Positions 12,976-26,099 of a stretch of DNA of 64,000 bases are shown one piece after another. Position 1 is the stretch's first letter. Every line of letters starts with the position of its first letter. The stretch comes from Carcharhinus amblyrhynchos (lineage: Eukaryota): NCBI GenBank assembly GCA_965287045.1, contig OZ336878.1:42904001-42968000 (forward strand). The letters are read 5' to 3'. The notes under the pieces were generated by a model. It was given only the letters and a program-made list of their open reading frames with translations, was not told where the DNA came from and searched no databases. The position numbers were made by a program, and so were the translations under genes.

Positions 12976-13657
12976 TTGCATGACTATGACTTTGTAGCTT
13001 AAACAAAACTTCGAAACATAGCTTCTTAAACCTGTTCTGCCAGAACAATGTAGCCAGTCCTTTTAAGACATGCTGTTTAAATTGAGGCTGGAAAGAGTCT
13101 TTGTGCAATATGTTACATTGCAGGCTTTCGTCCAATCCAATTTCCAAATAGGTACAGTCAAAGTCATTGCAACATATACAGTCACACCACTTGCAAAAAA
13201 AACACCACTACTTTTGGAGCAGCTTGGTTGCATTTCAAGTATTAAAGAGCCACAATGGGCTCTGTATATTTTTGCCGCTTTGTTTTAGAATAATGAGACA
13301 AAAGCAATATAGGAAATTAGCTTTTAATTTTAGTGTAAAATTTTCCTTTTTGTTTCTTGCCCATTTGAGGTATAGCATATTGGTCCATAGCGCAGACAGG
13401 CCTGGTAAACTTGTGGAATGATATTTTAACATCCTCAATTCTTCGAGTTAAAATCAGGCTTATAAACTGAGACAAGATCTGATGTGCTATATAAAATTAT
13501 CAAAACGATATGTTGTCTGAATGTTCTGCTAACTGATTTCATTATGAAGATTTTTTTTCATGTCAGAGGAAAGAAATTTATTTATTCTTTTCTTGATAAG
13601 CAATGTTAAATGTTATAAGGTGCTTTCAAAGTGAATTCAGGTATAAGTTTTACTTAC

Positions 13658-13735
13658 GGTAACATCTGGAAGAATGAGTAAGGTGCTGGCAGAGTTGAAG
13701 TCTAATCTTATTGTGGGGACAGGGTTCACAGGAAA
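13658..13735 (-). other. Candidate internal exon (78 nt)
   Basis: tgttaacgttctgatag|TTTCCTG...GTTACC|gtaagt. Open in phase 0 (FPVNPVPTIRLDFNSASTLLILPDVT) and in phase 1. Confidence 0.35.
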
Positions 13736-14453
13736 CTATCAGAACGTTAACAGTGTTTTAGCGTTATTCAGGCTACTTGCACTGCTCTAATATAACGCAC
13801 AGCTGTCTTCCCCATTTTTTTCTGGCAGCAATGAGGCAATTTAAGATACTGAGGGGAAAGAAACAGAGATTGCAAATTTGGAGAAGTAAACATTTCTGAA
13901 TGAAAACCCCTTCCTCATCTCCAAAAAATTAAATGCTGCAGTATCTTTACTTTGACAATTGCAAATTAACAGATGAGAAAAAACTCTGGCTGAGAGGGTT
14001 GAGTGCACTATACACATCAGTTTTTAATGCAAGATTTCTGACATGTGTTCATAATCGTGTTGAGATGTAAACACGAGGTTTTTTTTTAAGAAAAACACCC
14101 CTTTTCCTCACACTCTTCAGGAAAGAAATAGTTACAAGTATACAATTAAACAATTTTCTAGTCAAGACCATAATGGATACCCTCCTTTTCCATTAAGTAC
14201 ACTTGAAATTTTAAATATGTAGTTATTTTTACAATACATTCATAATATATCTGAATTACAGCATGTTCCAGGCATAGTAGGCTGGCACACAATAGCAAGG
14301 AATATTACAAAATGTCTATGTCTTCAAATACTAAGGGACTAATGAGCCCAATTATGGCTGATATATAACTGTATGCCAGATAAAAATCTTAAATTGAAGA
14401 AATACAATGTGCGATTCTCACATTTTAGAAATAAAAATTATTGGAAAATATAC

Positions 14454-14588
14454 TTCCTATTGCTTTGAGTACCATATTCATTCCAGGATTACACTTGGAC
14501 AGCTGGATTATGTCTGAGGTCTGCTCTTTCTTCTGCTCAAGCAGCAGAATACAGTCGAGAGAAGCTGTTTTGCACAAGCTTGGAGTAG
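14454..14588 (-). other. Candidate exon (135 nt)
   Basis: Acceptor gttttcttattaaactcttttccaag|CTACTC, weak donor GAA|gtatat. Open in phase 1 (TPSLCKTASLDCILLLEQKKEQ...). Confidence 0.35.
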
Positions 14589-17281
14589 CTTGGAAAAGAG
14601 TTTAATAAGAAAAACATAAGTTGAAATAAAAGATCCACTGAAAAGGAAAGGGAGCTATGGAATTTTTCGAAAAGAAGCAGCAGAAACAAAGAAAATAAAA
14701 CAAAATGGAAGATAATGCAAGAAAAACAAACTGCTAAAGAGAAATTAGCTGACGCTATTATAGTTGATTTTATTTAATTAAGATTTTTTTTAAATAAACC
14801 CCTCATTACTTTCCTACAAACTAAAGATCTGAATTCTACTGATCGAAAACATAAAAAGTCTTAATAATTGCATACGGCGAATGTCTAAGTTATTACTTTT
14901 GGATATAAAGTGCTAACAATGCAGCTCAAAGCAGATAGGAGCTCTCGATGCAATAACTAAACAATAAAACTACATGCATCAATTCAAATAAAGACTCTAT
15001 TCAGTTTTTACAACTGATTTTAAAATAAACGCATGAAAGCAATTACATGAAGCTATCTTAGCTCCAATTCAGCAAACAAGGGATCATTGTCAATAAAAAA
15101 AATGAAGTAAAGAGATTAATGTTGTATAAATGTACATAAATAAAACAGTTGGAGAGACCATGTAAGCTAAGAACAGGCTTTTCAAAGTCATTGTACTGCA
15201 ATCTCTGAAATAGCTGGGGAAAAAACCTCTAAAATTCAACTAAATGCTGCTAATGTTTTTTAAATACTCTAAGGTACTTATGCGGATGTTAGCATGAAGC
15301 AAAATAAATAATTGTGCAGTTCAAGGAAATAAATGTGGTTGATTCAACAATTCATGTCCTATTCTGCAAGGAATATTACAGAATCCAGTCCAACTGCAAC
15401 TTATATTATGCTTATGATTAACAATCAAAATCAATTTAAATTGCCTTCTGGAGTGACTTCAAACACCTGCTTTCTACTACCTGTACTCCAGAAATATTTG
15501 ATTTAGCAGGTTTTTTTCTTTAGCAGTAATGAATACTTTGAAGCAACATAAGTAAAGGCTCTAATGCAACATACATTCCCCCCACCACACTAGAACATTG
15601 CCAACTTTAAATATTTTTAAAGCAAGTAATGAAACAGTGCTCCACAAACAAAATAACGTATTCAGCCTATTTTATATTGAAATGAGTTTGTACAATTATT
15701 ACATTTAAGTTGACAAGGAATGGCTGGCCTTGTAATTCTATTTGTGCAGTAATATTTATTTAAATACATGATAATTCTCCCTTAAAAGTACTAAAATTTA
15801 GTTTTTATGTAAAGCCTTTGCTTGCTCTTTCTGCTTTGAGCTATAGTTCTCCAAAAAATATCTTTAAAATATCAACAGAAAATTCCAGCAAGTGACTAAT
15901 CTTCAGCAAGCTCAAATGCAGTATCATGAATTGCAAACACCCGCTGGTTAGTTAGCGGAAGGAAAACAGAGTAGCTTTTCTACAAAGGTGAACAATGCAC
16001 TCAATTGAAAAAAAACTCATTGCTTCAATGAGAACAATTTGGTAAAATTACTTCTAAACTGCAGGCACTTCATGCTGACATGTTGAAGTCTGACAATCTG
16101 TTCCAGCAAAAAAACTGAAATATTAATTCTCCTTCATGACAACTTGGGGTTCTTTTTGACAAATATGGATGCTATGGGACAGTTTGAAAAACAAACACCG
16201 TGTAAGTCTATAATTAGCAAATCATGGAGAACTCTGTGGAAATGACCCATAAACACAAAGATATGGACAATGCATAATACCTCCATTTCAAATCAGTTGG
16301 ATTATGTGTAATGTTGTGACACTCAAGTAACTCAAAGATCCTGTTTACCGAACCCACACCCCAACTCCGTAACCTTTTTTCTGGAAAATCAGTGCAAAAG
16401 CATGGAAAAATTAAACATTTTAGCAGAGTAAAAATATATTTTAAAATTTTCAGGAAAAAAACTGAAATATAAAGAGGCTGTAATTTTCCAAAGACAATTA
16501 GGGAGATTTAGCCCAATTTCCTTTATAGTACCGAGTGTTGTTCCAAAATTAGCATGTTAAAACTATGTTGACATAAATAGATAACGTATGTCATGTTTTA
16601 AATAAGTTGTCTTTATTAGTTCAGAACGGGACAGGAGGAACCTTAAATAAATACAGCCTAAAGCTGCGAGAAGCATTGTTAATAAAAATAAAAAAACAGT
16701 TTATTCCTTCCCTGCTAAACAAATGGGAATTGCATTGAGTTAGGTAAATAAATGATACAACAAAAAAAAGCTAAAGAGGAACTCCTTCCAAAGTGAACAA
16801 GTTGCAAATCTAAATAGTTAAAACAACAGAATTAGATAATTAGTAATACAAAGTGGTCAGGAGACGTAGAGCATCTGTCCTTCACTAATAGTCATGTAAG
16901 AGATTGGAAGGATTGGACTGATTTTGCAGTACGGCAGAAAAGCAACAAATGATTCCAAACTTAGGGGTTTTTGATGTGAAACCTCATCTGTATTTTTATT
17001 TTTTTTTAATCTTATTGAATCTTTCCATTTGTTTTCCTTCACTCATTCAATTTCACAATTACAAAGCTCCCGTGGTGATTTTAAATCAACTTCTCCTTCT
17101 GAAACAAACACGTATTCCTTCTACCGTATCTACAGCAGAAGTCATTTTAAGTCTCTTTTCTCTGCTTCAAGTTGCTTTGTTCTGACCTTTATTAGATTCC
17201 TATGTGCTCTAACCCACAAATGCCGACCTTGTATCCAAAATGCCAATCCAGTTATTTGTACCATGAAGTTATTTAGTTGCA

Positions 17282-17353
17282 AAGTAAGCTTATTGCTCAA
17301 GATCTGAGCAAGTGCATGAACAAGTGAGCTTATTGCTCAAGATCTGAACAAGT
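17282..17353. repeat. Local tandem duplication, 40-bp period
   Basis: aagt(a/g)agcttattgctcaagatctga(g/a)caagt occurs at 17282 and 17322. Confidence 0.85.
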
Positions 17354-17958
17354 TGTGTCATTAAAGACATGTAATTTTATGCAGTATGTGTAATTGAGAT
17401 ATATAAAATAAATCTGAGAAATAAAAATGGAAGAATGTTTGAAGAATACAAGTGCATTTTAAAATGTATTTCAACAGTTGCAGCTTTTCATTTTTATCTT
17501 TAAATAAAAATGAGTGGAAAAAAGTGCAGTTGTTAAATTATTACTAAACATATGTTTCTGTTTAAATCTACCTTAAAATCAAAATTAACTACACTTAAAC
17601 ACAATGGTTTTGGCAGTGAAAGGCCTGCTTTTCAAAATGCACTTTCCTTTGAAAGTTTCAGACGTGTCACTATGTCAAAATGGCCACATTAATAGCAATG
17701 GAACAACAGTTATTTATCCCAACAGTAAGGAATGTGATCTCTACAAAATAAACTACGTAGCTTCTTAAAGATATAAATGCAATCTCTACCCCAAAACCCC
17801 CCACCCTTACCCAGCATTCATTGAGATGAAATGGGAATTGAACGATATGCACAATAACGAGCTACGTATTTTGATGAGCAACGCAGAGACAGGAGAATAA
17901 ACTTGACTGTGCTTTTTATCTTACTGCTGCATTACACTACTTTAAAAAAAAATTCCCT

Positions 17959-18052
17959 TTAGTCTTCACATATATTGACTTCATCGTCTTTATCGGCTAC
18001 CAGCATAAAGTCCACAATCTGGTACGGGTTTTGTTCAATGGATTTACACCTG
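17959..18052 (-). other. Candidate terminal exon start with NAGNAG acceptor
   Basis: tctgcattaacag|cag|GTGTAAA. Phase-2 reading gives CKSIEQNPYQIVDFMLVADKDDEVNICED*. Confidence 0.25.
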
Positions 18053-20529
18053 CTGTTAATGCAGACCAAAACTAGGCTCCAGCAGAATAAACCAATGCTA
18101 TATTGCTGGTACAAAAAAAACTCGTACATATACATCTGGGAAAGGATGTTCATAGAAAATAGAGGTGGGGCAAATTTCTTAAAATTTGAAACCAAATTAA
18201 AATGAAGGACAAAATAAAAACTTTGGTTTCTTTTTGAGTGCGTAAATGAAGTAGTTACATCAACATTTGTTAATTCCCATTATATTCAAACCATTCTTTT
18301 AAATTGTAAATAAGCAGCGGTTGGATGAATTGTACTGATGACTGATTTATTTTAGAACAACATCGCATTCATTTTACACTGTACCAAAATCAGTCATTGT
18401 CTTTTGAAACCATCTTGGAAGCAGGCTGCTTATCAGAAACGCGGTCGTATGAATATCCTACATGAAACTGAAACTTTAAATATAAAAAAAAGTAATTCCT
18501 TTAAAGGACTGAGATTAGGCACTCTGTAAATTTGCAAAAAAAGGTGGTGATTGAAACCACTTCATTCTGCCAGTTACATCATTATTGAACAGGATTCAAT
18601 AGTCAAGATATGGCACTCATAAACGTGCAATAATGAAATTAAACCACAAAAAAACTCTCAAAAAAGGACTAGAAAAGATTAGTAAAAATGTCCTCCTTGG
18701 TTCATTACTGCTTGTCGTACAAGATTTAAGCAATGCATCTGATATAGTCAGAGGCAAAATAACACAAGCTAAGTATTTTAACTTATAAGAATGGAAAGTA
18801 ATTACAGGTATTTCCAAAGGTAAAAACATCACAAAACTTTTCACCATAAATTAAAATACTAACATTGGCTTCTTTGTCTTATTTTCTTATAGAAAAGAAT
18901 CATCATGAATTCTACTAAAACAGAAGTTAAAAAAGTTTGGATTGGCTCATTAAGATATTAACCCAGCTAAATGTTATTGAGCTGAAAAATTCCAAACACC
19001 TTTTTCTGCAGCAATTTAAAATACGTGCTTTCAATATTCAAAGAAATAATGAGAAAAATACTTCTATGTTTTCAGTTTAAATAGTTAAGCCTGTGTAGGC
19101 TGTAACTCTTAAACTGGTTAAAATTCCTCCAAACCCTTTTTAAAAGAGTATCAGCGGGCTATAAGAAACAGGGACACACCCTTAAAAAAAATCTCTTCTC
19201 ATTACCAGATTACTAAAATCTAGCATTCACATTTCCCTCTCTTTAAAACAGACAAGAGAAAAAAATCCATAACATATTCTTAACTAAACCAACTGCAATC
19301 AGAGCCCAAACCACATGATGAAAGCCCTGTATCCCAGAATTAGCATTTATTAGAACATATTACAGAATCAATCATTGCTTTCTTAAGTTGAGGTATTGCT
19401 GGAGCGCTCAGTAAGTCAACATAATATTAAAATGAATCTTTCAATTAAACTTTCTTTTTAATTTCATCTTGAATGAATGCCATCTGAATCATGTTAAACT
19501 TCTTCTACCAGTAGCATTTCTAGCCACCTACCAAGTTGTGTGTTCATTTCATTATTTCGTGGTTTCATTTTTATTGGAATTGTTTGTAATCCATTTCCAC
19601 TGGTTAAAGAATTGACTTTAGTAAATTATTCAATTCCTATAGTTAGTTCAGAAAAGTTGCAGTTTTGCTTAATTTAAATCAAAATTGTGGGTCGTGTGTA
19701 GATTTGTTATGCGCAATATTGAAGCAATACCTTTGATGTGCTATTGACATTTTTGTTTAACAATGCTGACTTTTTTTTCTATTTACTGAAGTTCCTTGAG
19801 TGGCAAAATAGGCATACAAGCAATATATTAAAAGCCATATCATGCGTGTGATCGAGTAAGATATACGATGAGAAGATTCACATAACTTAACTGTCACTGA
19901 GTTAACTAGATTCGTCAATCACTGTTCCCAACACAATCATTTGTATGTGTTTAAGAAGATATATTTACTTTGTACAAGTCAGCTTGTTACAATTAGAGTG
20001 TATATCCTTAAATATTATTTGAATTCAGCGTACGAACACCGCCATAATCTTGTACAAAGATAATCATAACTTTGATCTCTTGTACTATGAAATCAACTTG
20101 ACTATGACTTCCTCAATCTCGTTTAGACTGGAATTCAAAGCCAATGAATCCTCTTATCCAGCCTTCCATGGTCCACTATAAAACATCAAAATGAGGACCT
20201 TTGCAGTGAATGTCAGGATATGGTATAATAATTTGATAAAATGTCTCACCTGTACATTTTCCCTGACCATCATTGCCTAAAACATATTGATTTAATAGTT
20301 ATGAACACCTTCAAGACATGACATCATAACATTAATGACAGTGACTAGAAAGCAAAATTAATTATAGGTTACGGGTATCTAATTAGATCTAATGGATTTA
20401 CTGTACTTAACTGTCCCTTGGAATGATGTATGTTTTATGAAAAGTGATATTTTACCAAAGGCAATTACCAAAGCTCTTGTTGTAGAGCATTAAATTGTAT
20501 GAATTATATTGTAAATGGCAGAGCCTTTA

Positions 20530-21220
20530 GGAACATTTACAGAGGGATCTGAGCGTGCGGATCCACAGTTCCCTAGAAATGGCAACACAGGTGGCCAAGG
20601 TAATTAAGACAGCATATGGCATGCTTGCCTTCATCAGCCAGGACACTGAGTAAAATAACTGAGAAGTCACGTTGCAGCTACATAAAACCTTGGTTAGACC
20701 GCATTTGGAGTATTGCATGCAGTTCTGTTCACCACATTACCAAAAGGATGTGGAAGCTTTGGAGAGAGTGCAAAGAAGGTTCACCAGGACATTGCCTGGT
20801 CTCGAGGGTGTTGGCTAAGAGAGGTTGAATAAACTCGGATTGTTTTCACTGGAAAGACAGAGGCTGAGGAGAGACCTGATAGAGGTCTACAAAATTATGA
20901 GAAGCATAGACAAGGTGGATAGTCAAAAGTTTTTTTCCCAGGGGCATACGTTCAAGGTGAGAGGGGGAAAGTTTAAAGGAGATGTGCGGGGGAAGTTTTT
21001 CATGCAGAGTGGCGGGTGCCTGGAACGCACTGCCAAAGGAGGTGATGGAAGCAGGTACAATAGCAAGATCTAAGAGGCAGCTGGATGGATACATCAATAG
21101 GGAGGGAATAGAGGAATACAAACCAAATAAGGGCAGAAGGTATTTTTAAGTTTAGTTCGGGCATCAGCACAAGCTAGGAGGGCCGAAGGGCCTGTTCCTG
21201 TGCTGTACTTTTCTTTGTTC
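20530..21220 (+). mobile_element. CR1/HER1 LINE 3' fragment
   Basis: Frameshifted ORF2: ...LGLFSLERQRLRRDLIEVYKIMRSIDKVD...GHTFKVRG. Tail gggccgaagggcctgttcctgtgctgta. Confidence 0.9.
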
Positions 21221-21226
21221 AAACAC

Positions 21227-21351
21227 AGATGGGATTTTCTGACCTCTCTCACTCCAAAACTGGAAAATCCCGCCAAGGTCAATGGACTTTCTGTGGTCTG
21301 CCCCTTGCCTGCTTGAATTCCCGCAGTGGGTGGGGCAGTAAAATTTGCCCC
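21227..21351. mobile_element. Short Harbinger-like MITE (about 125 bp)
   Basis: Ends gggattttct... and ...gtaaaatttgccc. Internal aaaatcccgccaaggtcaatgga resembles the 29736 element. Confidence 0.55.
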
Positions 21352-22897
21352 AAGCCATTTTTGAGGCACTGTTTCATTCATGTTTCTGCATCCAAGTAGA
21401 ACATGTGCAAACATTATAAAAGCCGCAGATATTATAAATGGTTCACCCTGCCCCTCCACTCCAACAGCACTTTGTTTCGGGTTGAGTGGGGCGTAAAATT
21501 AAGAAAGCTGGACCATACCTTCGAGTATTTTTCCTTTTTGGGTGAAGAAAACCAAGTCAAAATAACGTTTTCCTCATCTTTTCAGACAGATAGTCCTTTG
21601 ACACAAAAAGACCTACTACAAAGCAAAGTTCACACAGAAATGTCACTCCTTTTGTAAATCTCAGCCTACCTTTCACTCAAAACTCAATTTTCTGACTTTA
21701 AAAATTAAATAACTCCTCCTGCCACTCAACTGATGTGACGATTGTAATTGTACACACGTGATTTGAGCCCTGATGATGAAAGAATTCATCATACTTATGC
21801 AAGATTTTTTATTTAAATAACTCTATAGCCCTTTGCTTGCAATTTATAATCATGTAGCAGTGTGGTTTGCAAAATATCTCAAATCTTTATTTACTTGGCC
21901 CCATGTGAGCACACCTCTTCGTTGGAGGCCACCAAAGACTAGTTTCAACGGCTAAGGATTGACTAATTCAGAACAGCTTAGGTTAAACCATCTATCTCCC
22001 ACCTAAAACACTGTGACACAATTATTCTTAATGACACTCCAGAAGAATAAAATCAGTTTTCAAAAAAACTTTCTTGGCAATGACATCAGGAGTACGTTGG
22101 CATAATTCCAAAGATGTACATACAAATCAGTAAAAGTAGAGATTGGACAATAATTGTGTTTTTTTTTGGTCAAAGTTATTCCAACTAAAACACAAACAGC
22201 AACTTCCTATGAAAAGAAACAAATTAAAGATAATTATGTCTTTCCTTCATTAAAAAAAAACAAAAATCAGAGGCAATAACCCAAGGCTATTATCAAAGTG
22301 GAGTGAATAATTAACATTTACGCTTTCTTTGCCCTCAGTTTGTATAAACAACATTCTTTTTTTAAATTTAAAAAATTAGTGTGAATTAATCTTGATGCTG
22401 TGTTAGTCTAAGTCCTGCAAAGAATTTCAACCAGCTCCAGTTATTTCTCCTTGACCTAGACCATCACAATTTAAATATTCTAGCTTTTTTAAAACTTTTT
22501 TTGCACACTTCAAACAACAATAACAAAACTGTCTTGTGTTGCAATCAAAAATTCAATTCGTGCAGTAATTCTTATGTTTTACCTTTTTAAATTCCATAAC
22601 CTTAGATTCAAGGAACTGCATTATCTTTTCCTATTTCTTGTATTTATGGCAGAACTGTTAAAGTCATCTTTGTATTGAAAAACTATAATGGATCTTTTGT
22701 AAGTATAGAAAACAAGACCAATAAAATCGTAAATTAACTTAAATTATCTATCAATGTCAGAAATCAACAAAATGCCTGATAAGTATCAGCAAGACATGAT
22801 AAATCATTTCATTCATTTTGGGCCTGGTCACCTAACGCGTGAAATATTTATCACTTCATGTTAAAGGCCAAGAAGCATTTGTTTTATCAGAATCAAT

Positions 22898-23140
22898 GCA
22901 CCATTGGAGGTCCTGTCTTTCAAATGGAACAGTAAATTGAAGCTCAGACTGTCTGCTCGGGTGGGTATAAAAGCTCCTGTGGCATTAACAAACAAAAAAG
23001 AACAACATTTTCCTGGTATTGTGGTAAATTCTGTCCATCAATCAACAGCACGATAGACAACTTAACTGATCATTATTCCCATTTACGGTTACGGGCCTAG
23101 CCCTATTGGCCCTGCTTGCCTACTTAACAATGACAACAGT
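22898..23140 (+). mobile_element. SacSINE1-like DeuSINE, diverged, interrupted by a MITE
   Basis: ggaggtcctgtctttcaaatgg...ggtgggtataaaagctcctgtggca...cctggtattgtgg...tcaacagca resembles the Deu domain and is the opposite orientation of 27340-27715. Confidence 0.5.
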
Positions 23141-24004
23141 AGGCAGAATTTTTCCATCTGGGATTAAATCCTAAGGCAGGAACAGGGAGTTTCCATTGCA
23201 TTTTCTCAATAAAAAGATGGCTTTAACAGTTTTGCCATAAATACATGGAATAGAAAAAGACAATGCAGTTCCCTGAATCTAAGGTACTAGAATTTAAAAA
23301 GGTTTCCGTAGCCCAACAGGAAACTATGCCATATCTTCTGGCCCTGATCTCATTAAATGTGCATCTGCGGGGGGGTTTGCACCATATTCCATAGTTTGGC
23401 GGGATTGATTACATATATCTCACTATCATACTTGCGTGCCATATTTAAAAGTCACTCAACATCACTGACCCGCTGTTGAAGAAAGAAGATGGACCTCAGA
23501 AAGATATAGATATTGAGTCCGAATGGGATCTTCCAACCAGCCTCCAGTTTTCCTACATGACGGAGAACCCATCCACAGGCCAGCACCCAGCACCAGTGCT
23601 CCAGGCAAGGCCATCGCTGCCTGATTGGTGAGGGTGCAACAAAGGCTGTGCTGTAGACTGGCCATTTCTTTCCCCACAGTGGTAGGCTGGCTGCTTTTTT
23701 TTAATTTTTATTTCAATCTTTGAAAAAATTACTGGGAAGATACCATCACGTTGAAGAACCCACTCAGTTACTTATCATTCACTGTAGTCGAGTTCTCCTA
23801 TGAAGCTGGATGGCCTCCAACTGTCCTTCAGTTTCCAGAGCCTGTCCATCACCCTTAATTGAACAGGGAAATCTTTTCCATTCCAATGAAGAGGGCACCA
23901 GGTCTATGTTTGAGCAAGTGACTCTTTCCTGACCAAGGGACAGGTTTGGGACCTTGAAACAGTGTTAACTCTTGCGTACCACACCCAAAATGGAAAATCA
24001 GCCC
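23141..24004. mobile_element. Harbinger-like MITE
   Basis: TIRs AGGCAGAATTTTTCCAT and ATGGAAAATCAGCCC. Left half shares ctcattaa..tgcatc and caacatcactgacc with the 380-1100 element. Confidence 0.6.
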
Positions 24005-25086
24005 TTCCTATTAGCACATCAAAAAGGGTCATCGTATCTGACCATTGCTCTTCTTACCCCAAATTAGAGACTGAAATATTGTTTGCGCCTCACTCACTCT
24101 GAAACCACTTCACAAATTTCCACACATGACAATGGCCTTCTCGTGGCACATACCAATACCAACTAAGAATTTCTTAATAAGAGATTTGCTAATTTTGCAG
24201 CACTTAAGGCTGGTCAGTCTCTCTGTTACCCAAGGGAATTTTAGACCTTACCATCTGGAACACTTACCTATTAACATCCTGCTCTGGTCTCGTTGTCTTT
24301 TATATAAACCTGACCTCTAAGCAGGCCATAAAGACAGTGCCTGAAGCCAGAGGGTTCCTTCATCATTAGGACGTGATGGGTTATTTTAACCAGTGGCCTG
24401 AGGGAAGAAACCATGGTGATCTCCTTGCCAAGCGAAGATAGTGGGAAAAGGGATTTGGAGCTGGATTTAAAAAGTTATGTTTTCAAAAACTGTTTTGAAA
24501 AAATTTAAACCCGATTTTTATGGTCAGAGGTGCAGGAGTGCAGCTCTGGAGCCCCACGAACAAAGGTTAGGTCTCATTTGCCTAGGACATTTCCCCTTCC
24601 TGGTGATATATTTGACTGCCACTGCCTGTTCCTTTAGGCCCAGCCAAAATTACAGCCCAACGCTGATTAGCTGCCACCTTGTATCCATTCTAGGTGGGCA
24701 ACTGACAAGACAAATGAGATGTGCAAGTTAGAATTACCTAAGCTTAATTTTGCCAAGGTCAGGTAGGTTTGGCACTTGGCTCCCACCCACCTGATTTCTG
24801 ATCCATGTTAAGTTAGTGTCTTTGAAGTTCTAATCAAACCCCAGCTGAAACTAAATAAAATTCACCTGGGCACCCAGTACAACAGTCAGCCACTAAAACT
24901 CTGATCCATCATCAACCAGAAAGTTGATAATCTTCCCAACCATTTGAAGCATCCAAGTTTTGGGGATTCTCATCAATGATCTTGAGTCAATGGTCCGAGT
25001 TAAAAATCTATACAATTCCACACTGACTTTTAAAGGCTCTGATGGATATTTGTGTTTCGTTCTCAAGTGGGATTTTATAAAATATG

Positions 25087-25210
25087 AAAGCAAATTACTG
25101 TGAATGCTGGAATCTGAAACAAAAACAGAAAATGCTGCAAAATCTCAGCAGATCTGACAGCATCTGTGCAGAGAGATGCCAACATTTTGAGTCTGGACAA
25201 CCCTTTTTTT
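25087..25210 (-). mobile_element. Penelope-derived pseudo-LTR fragment (short shark repeat)
   Basis: aaacagaaaatgctgcaaaatctcagcagatctgacagcatctgtg, same family as 55992-56230. Confidence 0.65.
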
Positions 25211-25361
25211 TAAACCAACTCTTTTTAAGCCAACGTGAAAGATTTTTTCTTCAATCTCTATGTTATACTGTGCCACTTTACACATTGTGACTAACAGCAA
25301 GTGGCCGCGTCCTGGTGTTGCTTTCTGTCCATGTGAAGAACAACAGGACATGACAACTTAC

Positions 25362-25557
25362 CTGCCAATCCTCCCTCTTTGTGAAGAAGCGCTTCCATAA
25401 CATTGGCGAAGGTGACAAGAGGAATTAGAATTGTTCAGGGAATGGGGTGGGGAGGAGGAGAAGTGTTGTTTCCTTTCTCAATGTGCTTCACGTTAATAAA
25501 CCAAATCCAGCGCACCATACTCAGTACTTTCCAGGTCTAAAGAGCTATTCCAAGCAG
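25362..25557 (-). other. Candidate non-coding exon
   Basis: gcaattttgttacag|CTGCTT...TGGCAG|gtaagt, a consensus donor. Confidence 0.25.
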
Positions 25558-26099
25558 CTGTAACAAAATTGCTACAATGTTTGACCTGTGACCCAGATTC
25601 CATTGATATCTGCTGCCTAACACTACACAAAACACACCATTTATATTTTTCAGCATTTGTACCTATGATGAATCAAGCTCGTGGCAACTACTATTTGACT
25701 TCTGCGAATGACAGTTAAAGTCTTAATAACAAATTTTTATTCATTAGGTGAATATATGTTAACTGAAGCTTAAGTTTATTTCGCAATGCAAAAAGAAACC
25801 AGTTTGAAGTTAATTACTGAAGTTTCAGGGCATGTTGCACAGGATTTCAATTCCTGGGCAAGTCTATATTGTATAGAGTGTCACATATTATGCAAATTAA
25901 ATGTTAATTTGGGGAACTCTGAATTAAATATGCTTGTGTAAACTGGTCTATTAGTAGTGAGCTGTGGGAATCTGGACAACTGTGTTTTTAAAAAAAGGCA
26001 GCTGTACTAACTCCCACTGAAAGCATGGCAGAGATCGCTTTCATGTCTTTACAATTTGTGTTTATGAGGTGATAACATTTTTACAAATGCCATCATTTT

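Noticed and set aside
12662-13147. 161-aa ORF as a stand-alone gene
   Set aside because: It runs through a microsatellite and an intron-like pyrimidine tract, and no domain is recognised. Only the part after the acceptor at 12885 is a candidate.
17282-17353. CRISPR-like repeat
   Set aside because: Only two units with an 8-bp gap, in eukaryotic DNA with no cas genes.
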